Below, one piece after another: positions 39,354-50,705 of a DNA stretch of 64,000 nucleotides. Source of the stretch: an uncultured Methanoregulaceae archaeon. GTDB taxonomy: Archaea; Halobacteriota; Methanomicrobia; Methanomicrobiales; Methanospirillaceae. The first letter of the stretch is position 1, and each line of letters opens with the position of its first letter. Location of the stretch: the NCBI GenBank assembly GCA_963737635.1, contig CAVTTL010000001.1:800001-864000 (forward strand), written 5' to 3'. Below the pieces are notes generated by a model, which saw only the letters and a list, made by a program, of their open reading frames with translations, searched no databases and was not told where the DNA came from. The translations under genes and the position numbers were made by a program.

Positions 39354-40364
39354 TTACCCTGCTGTACCGGGAGCGAAGAGATTTCTCGGATTCACTCTCC
39401 GTTGAGTCTCTACCGGTCCGAACGCTAGATGAAATTCGTCGAGTCCCCACCCGAGATAGTCCCGGATAATGACATAGGCCATCTGAGGAGGGATAGCACC
39501 TTTTTCTGTGACAATGAGGTCGATATATTCAGCTGGAGTGACGTCAAAAGCCGGGTTCCTGATGGTAACATTGGGAAGGGTCCGGGCGATCTCATCAGAG
39601 AGAACCTCACACCCGGCCCGTTCTTCGATTCTGATGAATTCCCCAAGGATCGTGCGGGGCGCAAACTTGTAGGTTTCGGCTGCGACCATCATGTTTACCC
39701 GTGCTTCGCGGGCCGAGTGCGCGACCTGCGCCGTCCCGATCTTGTTGACTACCGCACCGTTCACGGTCACTGCATCAGCGCCGACAATCACGAGATCCAC
39801 ATCGTGGATAAACGATCTGACCGCAGAGTCTACGATAAAATTTGTTTTTATGCCAGCATCGTTTAATGTCCGGATCGTAATGAGCCCTTGGTTTCTGGGC
39901 CGCACTTCAGTCGCGAAGACTTCGATCTCCTTTCCCTGCTTATGAGCCTCGATGATACACCCAAGCGCAACCTCAGAGTTGCAATGGGTGAGGATAGTAT
40001 CACCATCTCGGATGTGGCTTGCACCGAACTGAGCGATCTGCTCCACCGCATGCTGCGATGACCTGATGAATTCATCGGCTCTCCTGACAACACCCGCCTG
40101 TGCCTCTTGCGCGGTCTTAGCGCGGTCGATGTCGGCCATAACGATATGGACAGCATTTGGCAGGGAGACGGCGGTCGGGCGGGTGGCAAGGAGCAGGGCG
40201 GCCGCACGCTCCATTTCCCGCTTGAACGCATGAAGTGCTGAAACCCGCACGCCAACCGCATGATCCCGGAGGGCTTGGGCAACCGCCCGTGCAATCCTTC
40301 CGGCTCCCCTGATTTCCATGCTCTTTATCTTGTCTGCAGTTTCAGGTACGATCATCAGCATCAT
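39354..40364 (-). CDS. ribose-1,5-bisphosphate isomerase (eIF-2B alpha/beta/delta family)
   Basis: 'MEIRGAGRIA', 'TRPTAVSLPNA', 'ILTHCNS', 'ETYKF', 'NPAFDVTP'. Confidence 0.9.
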   Translation of the reverse strand: MMLMIVPETADKIKSMEIRGAGRIARAVAQALRDHAVGVRVSALHAFKREMERAAALLLATRPTAVSLPNAVHIVMADIDRAKTAQEAQAGVVRRADEFIRSSQHAVEQIAQFGASHIRDGDTILTHCNSEVALGCIIEAHKQGKEIEVFATEVRPRNQGLITIRTLNDAGIKTNFIVDSAVRSFIHDVDLVIVGADAVTVNGAVVNKIGTAQVAHSAREARVNMMVAAETYKFAPRTILGEFIRIEERAGCEVLSDEIARTLPNVTIRNPAFDVTPAEYIDLIVTEKGAIPPQMAYVIIRDYLGWGLDEFHLAFGPVETQRRVNPRNLFAPGTAG

Positions 40365-40414
40365 TGTTTCAATAGAGAGGGAACCTACATAGAGTTTATT
40401 ACCGGGGTGAGATA

Positions 40415-41245
40415 TTGACAGTGGCCGTGGTTTTTGACAGTGCCGGGACACTCCTGAACACCTACCGGGTTGCAAAAGATATCAAGCAGCAGGTACTGCT
40501 TCCCGGGATCGAGACTACTACTCTTACCTTCGCGTCATCGGAACGCGTCTTGATCGTTCTTCCGGTCCATTCCAAACATATCATCGCAGCACTACCGGAT
40601 ATGCTACTCTCCAGCTACCTTTCAGAAAACCACGTAAGCTTTGGCATCAGCTGTACCCGGAAGATAACAACTGCCGAAGAGATCGGCGATATCCTCTATG
40701 CCGACATCCGGGCACGTGTCGGCGACCTCCAGGAATGTATCCGTGATGTCTGGGGGATCTGCAGGTGCGAAAGCATGCTTACACTCAACAGTGGGGCGAT
40801 CCTCAACATGGCAAGCAGGTCTATAGAATTTACAATAACGGCGGGGGGCTGGCCGTTCGAAGGAGCAAAAGAGACAATCACCGCCTTGCACCGGATGGGT
40901 GTTCCTACATTTATCGCATCCGGTGACCGCTCGACAAAACTTGAAATTATGGCTGATCACCTCGGTATTCCCCGCGACAGGGTTTACGGAGTGGCGACAC
41001 CATCAATTAAAGCGCAGATCATTTCAGATCTCAAAAAAGAGTACGACTACGTTGTTATGGTCGGCGATGGGATAAACGATCTGAGTGCGTTTATAAAAGC
41101 TGACGTTGCCATTCTCACGGTACAACAGGCAGGTAACCGTCCTGATAAACTTTTCAATGCGGCGGATCATGTCATCAGTCATGTAAAGGATGTACTACCG
41201 ATCGTTGAAGTGCTGCTTTCTCAACCTATAACTTCCCGATCGTGA
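40415..41245 (+). CDS. HAD-family hydrolase (soluble P-type ATPase-like)
   Basis: 'VVFDSAGTL', 'IASGD', 'MVGDGINDLSA'. Confidence 0.85.
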   Translation: MTVAVVFDSAGTLLNTYRVAKDIKQQVLLPGIETTTLTFASSERVLIVLPVHSKHIIAALPDMLLSSYLSENHVSFGISCTRKITTAEEIGDILYADIRARVGDLQECIRDVWGICRCESMLTLNSGAILNMASRSIEFTITAGGWPFEGAKETITALHRMGVPTFIASGDRSTKLEIMADHLGIPRDRVYGVATPSIKAQIISDLKKEYDYVVMVGDGINDLSAFIKADVAILTVQQAGNRPDKLFNAADHVISHVKDVLPIVEVLLSQPITSRS

Positions 41246-41307
41246 CCGCCGCGGACAGCATATAAAAGGTAATATGGCACCTTTATCACATTAGGTACAA
41301 GGGAATT

Positions 41308-42928
41308 ATGAAGGCTCCACTGATCACGGTCGACAACATTTGTATGGATTTTGATGGCACACATGCCCTCAGAAATATTTCATTTGAGATCGCTGAAGGG
41401 GAGATTCTGGGGATCATTGGCAGAAGCGGTGCCGGCAAGACTGTGCTGATGCACCTTATGCGAGGGGTAGAACAGCCACCTACAAGTGGCAAGGTCATCT
41501 ACCATGTTTCAGCCTGTCCCTCCTGCGATTACATCGATGTTTCCAGCTCTGCCGGAAAGTCCTGCCCGCACTGTGGCGGGACTCTCGCAGCACTCGATGT
41601 GGATCTCTGGAATGAGACCAACGATATGTTAAAACGACGGGTCATGCGTCGCACCGCCATTATGTTCCAGCGGACCTTCGCTCTTTATGGCGACGACCGT
41701 GTAATCGAGAACGTCCTTCACGCTCTCGATGATATCAATTATCCACAGGAGAAAGCCATCAACCGTGCAGCCGACCTTATCGACCAGGTCCGGCTCTCTC
41801 ACCGGATGATGCATATCGCCCGTGATCTCTCGGGAGGGGAAAAACAGCGGGTGGTGCTTGCCCGGCAGCTGGCAAAAGAGCCATTTTTACTCTTCGCCGA
41901 TGAACCGACAGGGACTCTGGATCCCGGGACCGCAAAGATCGTCCATTCGATGCTCATCGAAGCTGCAAAGACTAATAATATGGGCATGGTAGTGACGTCC
42001 CACTTCTCGCAGGTAATTGAGGATGTGGCGAGTCGTGCCATACTGCTTGTCGATGGTGCCATCGCAAAGATCGGATCCCCAAAGGAAGTGATCGGCGAGT
42101 TCATGGCCGGCTGTGATGATACGGAGGTCTTTGAACACACGGAAGCAGGTGAAAAGATCGTCGGGGCCCGGGATCTTGTCAAGCGCTATATCTCGGTCGA
42201 CCGGGGTGTCGTCAAAGCAGTAAACGGTGTCAGTTTCGATGTGTACACAAAGGAGATTTTCGGCATCATCGGAAAGAGCGGGGCAGGAAAAACAACGCTC
42301 TCGCGGATTATCGCCGGCCTTATTGAACCGACAAGCGGGGAGATCAACGTTAAGATTGGCGATGAATGGGTGGATATGACTAAGCCTGGTGTTGACCAGC
42401 GGGGCAGAGCTAAGGAGTATATCGGCCTGCTGCATCAGGAATACGACCTCTACCCCCACCGCACTGTACTCGATAACCTCACTGATGCCATCGGTCTTGA
42501 ATTCCCCAAGGAGCTGGCCATGAGGAAGGCTGTTATCACCCTTAAAATGGCCGGGTTTTCTGATGAGAAAAGTAAAGAGATTCTCGAACGGATGCCAGGG
42601 CAACTCTCTGAGGGCGAGCGCCACCGTGTCGCACTCGCGCAGGTATTAATCCGGGAGCCCAAGATAGTAATCCTTGACGAGCCGACTGGCACAATGGACC
42701 CTATTACCAAGATCGATGTCAAACATTCCATTATGCATTCCCGGGATGATATCGATGAAACATTCATCGTAGTTTCACATGATATGGAGTTCGTGCGTGA
42801 TATCTGCGACCGGCTTGCCCTTATGCGTGGCGGAAAAATTGTAGAGATAGGAAAGACGGTCTGAAGTACTCGCACACTTGACCGAAGATGAACGTAAGAT
42901 CATGAGCCAGGTTCAGCCTCACGCCTGA
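41308..42928 (+). CDS. atwA: methyl-coenzyme M reductase system component A2 (frameshift near 42860 hides the last ~20 aa)
   Basis: Two ABC domains ('GRSGAGKT', 'GKSGAGKT') with a CxxC...CxxC zinc insert; heads the methanogenesis marker cluster. Confidence 0.95.
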
Positions 42929-42937
42929 GAGGCTCAT

Positions 42938-44465
42938 ATGATTCATATCCACGTTGATGGGGAGCCCCGGGAAGTAAGCGAACAAACCACGATTTTTTCC
43001 CTTATCCCGGATCATCCCCGGAGATTGCGCTGTTGCAGTTATCCGGCCCGCGACCAAGGAGCAGGAAAAAACTGAAAACATCACGGTCACCACGACCGCC
43101 GGTGAGATCACCATTGAGCTTGCCGGCGTTGAGGTGGCTGTACTCGAACGGCCGGATACTATCGGCGGCCTCGCCCTGCATTGGACAGACCGGTATGCGG
43201 CAGCATTTGGTCCGTTCCCTTCCGGTATTCGTCCGCTACGAAAACCTTGGCTTTATGAAAGAGGAGACGTCATTCTCGGGTGCGGCGGATACGATCCGAA
43301 GACCTCGTACCTTATTTTTTCAAAAATTCGCCATGTCGCGGATCATGGTGCCGATGAAACTGGGGGTATCGTTGGCCGTGTCGTGAGCGGCAGGGCTGTA
43401 CTCGACCGATGGGCGGCCGGAGACAAGATAACAAAAGGTGAGCCGGTGGTCAGCTGGGCTGACACCAGCCGTTCATTTACCACGACAGATCCCGGTATTG
43501 TTGTCGAAGAAGGCATGCTCATTGTGACGCACGTTGAGGTAACGGCGCAAGGATATGCCCCGGACAGAATCACCACTGAGGCGGCAGGTAGTGTCGAGCA
43601 CCTGCTTGTCGCTCTCCAGTCCGGGAAATTTGTGGTCGGGCGTGCCACCAGCACTCATATTCTTGACCGGAAACTTGTCGGCACTGATGTGCCGGCACAG
43701 TTCAAGCGTCCCAGACGTGAGGGTACGGTCACTGCGCGTACCGGAGGGCCTTCTGTCGGAGGCGTATATATCTACAGGGCGGATGTCCCCAGCAGCCCGG
43801 CCCACAGCGTTGTTGGACAGGTTGTGCACGGGATCGAACTGGTGAAAATTGCAAAAGAGGGCGACATTCTTTCCCTCCGGGTCGTTCCCCCGCGTATCGA
43901 TCTCCTCGGTCTGCCACTGGAAGAGGCAAAAAAAGGTGCAGAGGACCGGGGGATCTCCTTGGTAATCGACACTGATAAAAAGGACCGGATTGTCGTGTCG
44001 CAGGAACCGGGGACAACGCTGGATGTACTCAGCGAGCGGTCGGCAAAGGTGACAACAGCACCATTCGATCAGGTAATCGATATCGTCCTCGACGATGCCC
44101 GTGCCCCTCTGAGCTGCGACGTATTCCGCCATGTTACCGGGCTGCAGGAGCATGATGCCGGGATGATGCCGGCATTCTTTGTCTTTGATGATGTATATCT
44201 CTTCAAGCCGAAAATCCCGACAACCTTCAAGATCTATCCTGAGAATTGTCCTGTCGGGGAGGCTCCAGCATCAGCCCTTGCTATAACTAATGATTCCCGT
44301 AAAGGGTCTGGCCTCGTTGGGGTGCGGTTATCGGCAAATCGGGAGTTCGGCCCGACATCAGAACCGTTTGAAGGCACTAATATTATCGGACGGGTGATCG
44401 ACACGGAAAAATTAAAGAACATAAAAGAACGGCAGATTGTGTATATCCGCGAGGTAAAAAAATGA
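42938..44465 (+). CDS. mmp3: methanogenesis marker protein 3 (frameshift near 43020)
   Basis: 'MIHIHVDG', 'AAFGPF', 'GVRLS.N.EFGPTSEPFEGTNIIG'; position after atwA. Confidence 0.9.
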
Positions 44466-44920
44466 CCGAATACATCCCGGCAAACATCGGGACGGTGACC
44501 CGGTATGTAGTGGTGGAATCATATACCGTGACCCCGGCGGATGTGGCTATCCGGGCATACGAAGTAGCACAAGGTGTGATGATCAAGGAAAATTGTTTTG
44601 GCTTGGTTGTCATGGGAAAAGAAGACGAGGTTAACCGGGTCATCTCCGAGGTACGGAAGATGGATCCGGCCCATATCTTCGTAAAAGACCGCGGGTTCCC
44701 GCCGGGCGATGCACGACGGTGCCGGGCGACGCTTGGGGGAGCACGGCCGGGGTTCCATGGGATCGAGTTCGAGATGACCATCCTCCCGTATATTTCTCAC
44801 GCCATCGAAGAACTTGAGCACCGCGATGCCGCTACCGTTCCGGCTCCGCAAAGTTCGCTGACCTCTTCACGTCTTGACGTTTACCGCTTAAAGAAAATGA
44901 TCGATGCCCAGGAGCCCTGA
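44462..44920 (+). CDS. mmp6: methanogenesis marker protein 6
   Basis: 'IKENCFG', 'VKDRGFPPGDARRCRA..GGARPGFH'. Confidence 0.9.
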   Translation: MTEYIPANIGTVTRYVVVESYTVTPADVAIRAYEVAQGVMIKENCFGLVVMGKEDEVNRVISEVRKMDPAHIFVKDRGFPPGDARRCRATLGGARPGFHGIEFEMTILPYISHAIEELEHRDAATVPAPQSSLTSSRLDVYRLKKMIDAQEP

Positions 44921-44922
44921 CC

Positions 44923-45369
44923 ATGGCAAAAATATTCATCTACCCTGCAACGAGCCTAATTCTTTCCGATATGGTGATCCGATTCGGGCACACTCCGCTT
45001 GGTTCTGCAATCGCTATCCGGGAGCGTGTCCAGACTGCCGGACTTGAATCTATGCCGCTCCAGATAACTCCGGAAGATCCAAAAAAAGGGCTCCGCTGGG
45101 CAGCAGTGGAAGTCCCAAGCGGCGTTCGGGGTCGCATGTCCTTGTACGGCCCCATGCTGGAGGAGTGTGACGGTGCAATCATTATCAACAATGCTGATCT
45201 CGCGTTCGGCTGCATGGGCTGTGCACGGACAAACGAACTCCTGAAGTTTTTGATCCGGCAAAAGGACATTCCGAAACTCGAACTGGAGTACCCGAAAAAT
45301 GAGGAGGAAGGTACTCAGTTTGTCGCCGCACTCAAACGATTCCTTTCCGATATGAGAGGGAAATCATGA
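44923..45369 (+). CDS. mmp5: methanogenesis marker protein 5
   Basis: 'KIFIYP..SLILSD', '[11 protein letters not shown]', '[11 protein letters not shown]'. Confidence 0.92.
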   Translation: MAKIFIYPATSLILSDMVIRFGHTPLGSAIAIRERVQTAGLESMPLQITPEDPKKGLRWAAVEVPSGVRGRMSLYGPMLEECDGAIIINNADLAFGCMGCARTNELLKFLIRQKDIPKLELEYPKNEEEGTQFVAALKRFLSDMRGKS

Positions 45370-46618
45370 CTGCGCCGGTTCGCATCGCTCAGCTCTCCTG
45401 CGGCCGGAATATTCCGGGGTACAGGAAGAGATCAATCAGGCAGCAAAAGCGGTGAATGGAGAAATTTTTTACCCGGACGTCGCGCTTAAAGACATAATGC
45501 GGGATTTTGACGCATTCGGCCTTGAAGTCAGGAGCCCTGACCTGAAGCTCGCTATATCACGGGCGATGGCATTAGTCAACGGCCGCGTTGAGGCGGATGC
45601 GGTCTTTATTGCAACCTGTTTCCGGTGCGCCGAAGCTGCTATTGTGAGAAATGAACTGCGGCGGTATATTCACGAAAACTCGAAGCTCCCAGTTGTCAGT
45701 TATTCGTTTACTGAACGGACAACAGCAGGTACGCTGCTTACCCGAATGGAAGCACTTACGACGATTGCCCGGAGAAGGGCACTTCTGGCCCGGGAGATCC
45801 AAGAAGGAATCACACTCGGGATCGATTCCGGTTCATCTACAACAAAAGCTGTACTGATGAAGGACAACAAAATTATCGGAACAGGCTGGCAGCCGACAAC
45901 AGAAGTGCTGAAGAGTGCACGGGACGTCACGATGCACGCCCTTGCCCAAGCAGGAATGAAACTCGAAGAAGTCGAAGCGATCGGGACGACCGGTTATGGC
46001 AGGTTCCTTGTCGGAAAAGATTTTAATGCCGATCTCATCCAGGAAGAACTAACGGTAAACTCGAAAGGTGCGGTCTACCTTGCGGATCGGCAGCACGGGC
46101 CGGCGACGGTTATAGATATCGGGGGGATGGACAACAAGGCTATCTCGGTTATGGACGGTATTCCTGGCACTTTTACCATGGGCGGCATCTGCGCCGGTGC
46201 CAGCGGAAGGTTCCTTGAAATGACCGCAAAGCGCCTTGGCGTTGAGATCACAGAACTGGGACCTCTTGCTATGAAAGGGATGGGTGCCCGCGTACCCATG
46301 AACAGTTACTGTATCGTATTTGGCACCCAGAGTCTCGTGAACGCCCTCGCTGCCGGTAGTACCCGGGAAGACGTTGCGGCAGCAGCCTGCCATAGTGTTG
46401 CCGAGCAGGTCTTCGAACAACAGCTTCAGGAAGTAGATATCAAGGAGCCGGTAATTATGGTTGGCGGCACTTCGCTTATCGAGGGATTGGTGTTCGCGAT
46501 GGGTGAACTCCTCAAGACTAAAGTTGTCGTTCCGCCGAATTCGCAATATATCGGTGCGGTAGGTTCGGCGCTTCTGGCATCAGGTTTCATCAAGGACGGC
46601 GCAGATGCAGGCCATTGA
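45366..46618 (+). CDS. mmp15: methanogenesis marker protein 15 (BadF/BcrAD-type ATPase), frameshift near 45404
   Basis: 'RIAQLSCG', 'TCFRCAE', '[10 protein letters not shown]', 'TTGYGR', 'DIGGMDNK', '[10 protein letters not shown]'. Confidence 0.92.
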
Positions 46619-47186
46619 GTACTTTGAAGTGGAATGCACGGAAAAACTTGGCGGGGAATACTACCGGCAGATCACAAACGACGTCCTTCTTGATCACAAC
46701 CTCCTCAGGGTAATCCACAAGCTCCACGTCTATATCGATCCGAAAGTCCCGATCTTTGTCGCTGTGGGAGTTCTCAAAAAAGTTTCCACCCAGGTACGGG
46801 TGGGGGACATCGCAAACGTCAACCCCCAAGAAGGCAAGCTGACGCTTGTGATCTCCGACGAGACATATCTCGCACCGATGCTGAAGCAGTTCTGGGACCA
46901 ATTCGGGAAAGACCACGTCGACCAGCCAGACCGGTTCACAGTCATCTTGACCGGGGTGACGACAAGCTCACGAGAGATAGAGGGGATGGTGATTGCCGAC
47001 CCAAGCCTGGCATTGTATAAGGACCTTGTCTACGCCTTCCGCTGCATCTGTCCAGAGGGGTTCCGGGTCAGGAGTGAAACCTATGGAACTGAAAAGTTCT
47101 CATTTGTGGCTAGCGAGGATACCCTCACGAACACCGGTCTTGCTCTTGTTAAAGAGAAGTTCGCACTCATGGGGGAGACGCCATGA
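46605..47186 (+). CDS. mmp17: methanogenesis marker protein 17
   Basis: 'DETYLA..L..W..FG...VDQPDRF', 'PEGFRVR', 'ASED'. Confidence 0.88.
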   Translation: MQAIEYFEVECTEKLGGEYYRQITNDVLLDHNLLRVIHKLHVYIDPKVPIFVAVGVLKKVSTQVRVGDIANVNPQEGKLTLVISDETYLAPMLKQFWDQFGKDHVDQPDRFTVILTGVTTSSREIEGMVIADPSLALYKDLVYAFRCICPEGFRVRSETYGTEKFSFVASEDTLTNTGLALVKEKFALMGETP

Positions 47187-48120
47187 TCCTCGTACCGATT
47201 ACCTACAAGGGAGGAGTGTACCGGCACAACGAAATTATTGACCTTATTGAAGATCTCGGGGGGTACATCGTCCAGAAGCACATGATAGCGCAGGAGGTTG
47301 TGCTCCAGTGCTTTGTACCCAAGGATGATGTGGAGCTGATCCGGGCGATAGGAAAACCGCTTGCCGGGGAGGTGATTGATTCGCCGCTGGTCGGGACCGA
47401 GATCGCGGTCGTAAGCATGAGCCTCGAGATCCACCATCTCCCTCACCCATCCTGCGATATCGCGGAGTATGTGCGCCGGCTGGGTGCCAAAAGCAATATG
47501 GTAAGCTTGGCCCGGGTCCGGGAAAACGGATCGCAGGAATCAACGATGAGGAGCGCGATGTTATCAACGAGCATGACATTGCCGTCTACCTGCTTGGGAA
47601 TTTCGAGACCTGTATCGAGCATAAAATGCCATTGCTCCTCCGGGGGATAGAAGTACCAATCGTCCTCTGTGGTGGCCCGGACAAGAAGACGCTTCAGCGA
47701 ATCGTGGCGCCCGGGGTGGACGGCTATGTAGGGAATGTCGGCCGGTTCATGCACCGCACCAAAGAATCCGAAGAACTCACCAAACTCGATGAGATTATCG
47801 CAGAGATCACCCGCGTTCTCGAAAAGCGGCGTGAGGAACTTGCAAAAGACCCCCTTTCAGTTTCCCCGGCCCGGCTCATGGATGTTATCCGCGAACATGT
47901 CCCGGCTATTCTTAGTGTCACATCTCCAACTCCGCTTACCGTGCAGATGTCCGGACTCCGGGTGAAACTGCCATACGATCCCTTCGCAGAGGTGCTCCGG
48001 AAGACCGAGATTGAAGACGGCATAACAATTGGAGACATCACCAACATCGAACCTTCGCGCATGAGGGACTATATTATTATGAAAGTCAGGCCATTTTCGG
48101 AGACCAACACCGTGATATAG
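47183..48120 (+). CDS. mmp7: methanogenesis marker protein 7 (frameshift near 47518)
   Basis: 'YKGGVYRH.E..DLIEDLGG', 'HHLPHPSCDIAEY.RR.GAKSNM..LAR'. Confidence 0.9.
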
Positions 48121-48130
48121 GAGAAAAACT

Positions 48131-48620
48131 ATGGGACGTAAACAGGAAGACGAGTTTGAGGATAGGCTCAAGTCACATAGTCGAACAGGGTGCCAACGCG
48201 ACAGCGGAGGAATGGCTCAAGGTAATCGAGCGGGAATACGGGAAAGTACCGCTTATTTTCAAACGCATGGGAGAGCGGCCCGAGGTCCTCATCTCACATT
48301 TACTATATAAAGGTACCGTTGCTGACACCAGCCGGCTTGACCCAAAGTATGTGGAACTGATAAGCATGGCCGTGGGTGCAGCCCTGAAATGCCAGTACTG
48401 CACGAGTTACCACATGCAGGCAGCAATCAAGATGGGTGCAACACGCGAGGAGATCCTTGAAGTGATCCTGCTATCAGGGATGATCTCGAACTCCTCAGTC
48501 CTTGCCAATGCGTACCGGGTTATTGACGAGCGACTCGAGAAGTGCTTTCCCTGTGATGTAAAATCAGTTCAGGAAAAGCCACCGCAAAAAAGACGGAAGG
48601 CCAGAAGTAAAGGTAAGTAG
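48131..48620 (+). CDS. carboxymuconolactone decarboxylase (CMD/AhpD-like) protein; apparent frameshift near 48171
   Basis: 'LDPKYVELISMAVGAALKCQYCTSYH...A...GATREEILE'. Confidence 0.85.
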
Positions 48621-48778
48621 TTCTCTCTTTTCCTGAATACAAGAAATATACCGGGACTTATCCGGGCATGAGAACGAAGACCCGGTAAACTACAAATCAG
48701 GATCGACCTATCATTTTATGATGCATCTCTTCTGCTCATACCATATTTAAATCCACACAACGACTAACGATCTGATGA

Positions 48779-50602
48779 ATGTGCGGGATCGCAGGGCAGT
48801 ATTGCTATAAGGGAGGACATCCGGATCGCCGGTTCCTTGCCGCGATGTCTGAAAGGCTTGCACATCGTGGTCCTGATGGGGAGGGATTACATATCAGTGG
48901 CAGCACCGGCCTTGTCCACCGGCGCCTCGCCATCATCGATCTCTCTCCTGATGGTCTCCAGCCCATGACAAACGAAGACAACTCCCTCTGGCTTGTTTTC
49001 AATGGCGAAATCTACAATTTCGTTGAACTCCGCGAGGATCTTATGCATAGAGGACATATATTTTACTCAAAATCTGATACAGAAGTGATCCTCCATGCGT
49101 ACGAGGAATGGGGCCATAACTGTTTGACCCGGTTCAATGGTATGTGGGCGTTCGCACTCTGGGACGAAAATAAACAGGAGCTATTCTGTGCCAGGGACCG
49201 GTTCGGTATCAAGCCGTTCTATTACACAGATGCCGGTGGATCGTTCCTGTTCGCATCCGAAATCAAAGCGTTGCTCGCCCATCCGGATACCAAACATGCG
49301 GCGGACGAGACAATGCTCTGCACCTATCTCGCGTGGGGCGTACAGGATCATTGTAACCATACCATGTTTGAGGGTATTTACCAAATCGAACCGGCGCATG
49401 CCCTGGTTGTTACCAAGGATGGGATTCAATCACCGTTCAAATACTGGGATGTAGAGGTGAACCCGGAGATACGGGAAACCGAAGACGATAGGAAGGTTGC
49501 AGCCTGCCTTGGCGTCCAGCTCCTTGAGGCGATCAGGATCCACCTGAGAAGCGACGTAGCCATCGGTACCTGCCTCTCCGGGGGGATCGACTCTTCGACA
49601 CTGACTGCCCTGATTAATACGCTCATTAAAAATGAAGCACCGGAAAGCGTTGGAGTGCGGCAGAAAACATTCTCGGTAGTATTCTCAGACAAGAAATTCG
49701 ATGAGAGCCGCTATATCGATGAAATCGTCGCAACAACAGGCGTCGATGCGGACCGGGTAGAACCGGCACCGGGCCAGCTCAGTGAAGATATTGATCGGTT
49801 GGTGTACATGCAGGACGAACCATTCGGTTCACTCTCCATTTATGCCCAGTACTGTGTTATGAGGCTCGCCAAAAAAAAGGTCAAAGTGGTGCTTGACGGA
49901 CAGGGGGCCGACGAACTCCTTGCCGGGTACCTGGGTTATCAGGGAAGTTATATCCGGGGACTCATCCGCACGTTTCGCTGGTGGACAGCACTTGCTGAGA
50001 TCGCTGGCAGCATCCGGAAACACCGGGACTTCTTCTCTATCGCCCGGAAGCAAATACGGGTCCGCAAGATGAGGCGGCGCCTTTTAAACTGCAATCCGGA
50101 AACGATTGACCGGTACCAGGGTACTCTCGATCAAGTCCTGCACCGAGAACTCCTCAAAACCAATCTTCCTGCGCTCCTTCACTACGAGGACCGGAATTCG
50201 ATGGCATTTTCTCTGGAATCCCGGGTTCCATTTCTTGATGTGCGATTGGTGGAGTACATCGCATCGCTCCCTCTCTCCCAGAAGATCCGTAGAGGCACTA
50301 CAAAGGTTGTCTTGCGCTCGGCCATCCGTGGCAGAGTTCCCGAATCCGTGCGATGTCGCGGTGACAAGATGGGCTTTGTCACTCCGGAAGAATGCTGGAT
50401 GAAAAACGAGCTTCGATCATTCATGCTGGAGATCTTCTCATCACAAAGTTTCAGATCTCGGCCCTATTGGAATGCCGATGCGGTTCTCCAAGATTACCGC
50501 TCATTCCTTGATGACACATCTCCTTATTCACCCGAAATATGGCGGATCGCCTGCACCGAACTCTGGCTGAGGAAATTCATCGACATACCGGTGGCACGAT
50601 AA
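48779..50602 (+). CDS. asnB: asparagine synthase (glutamine-hydrolysing) family amidotransferase
   Basis: 'MCGIAG', 'HRGPD', 'FNGEIYN', 'RDRFGIKP', 'LSGGIDSS', 'DGQGADE', 'ESRVPFLD'. Confidence 0.93.
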   Translation: MCGIAGQYCYKGGHPDRRFLAAMSERLAHRGPDGEGLHISGSTGLVHRRLAIIDLSPDGLQPMTNEDNSLWLVFNGEIYNFVELREDLMHRGHIFYSKSDTEVILHAYEEWGHNCLTRFNGMWAFALWDENKQELFCARDRFGIKPFYYTDAGGSFLFASEIKALLAHPDTKHAADETMLCTYLAWGVQDHCNHTMFEGIYQIEPAHALVVTKDGIQSPFKYWDVEVNPEIRETEDDRKVAACLGVQLLEAIRIHLRSDVAIGTCLSGGIDSSTLTALINTLIKNEAPESVGVRQKTFSVVFSDKKFDESRYIDEIVATTGVDADRVEPAPGQLSEDIDRLVYMQDEPFGSLSIYAQYCVMRLAKKKVKVVLDGQGADELLAGYLGYQGSYIRGLIRTFRWWTALAEIAGSIRKHRDFFSIARKQIRVRKMRRRLLNCNPETIDRYQGTLDQVLHRELLKTNLPALLHYEDRNSMAFSLESRVPFLDVRLVEYIASLPLSQKIRRGTTKVVLRSAIRGRVPESVRCRGDKMGFVTPEECWMKNELRSFMLEIFSSQSFRSRPYWNADAVLQDYRSFLDDTSPYSPEIWRIACTELWLRKFIDIPVAR

Positions 50603-50705
50603 CGAGGCAGGATCGACTTTTATAAAGAATAACTCCGGACACAATACATAAGAACATGACCGGAATTGGAAGAAGAGATCCCGGAAACAGGTACCAGGCG
50701 GATTC

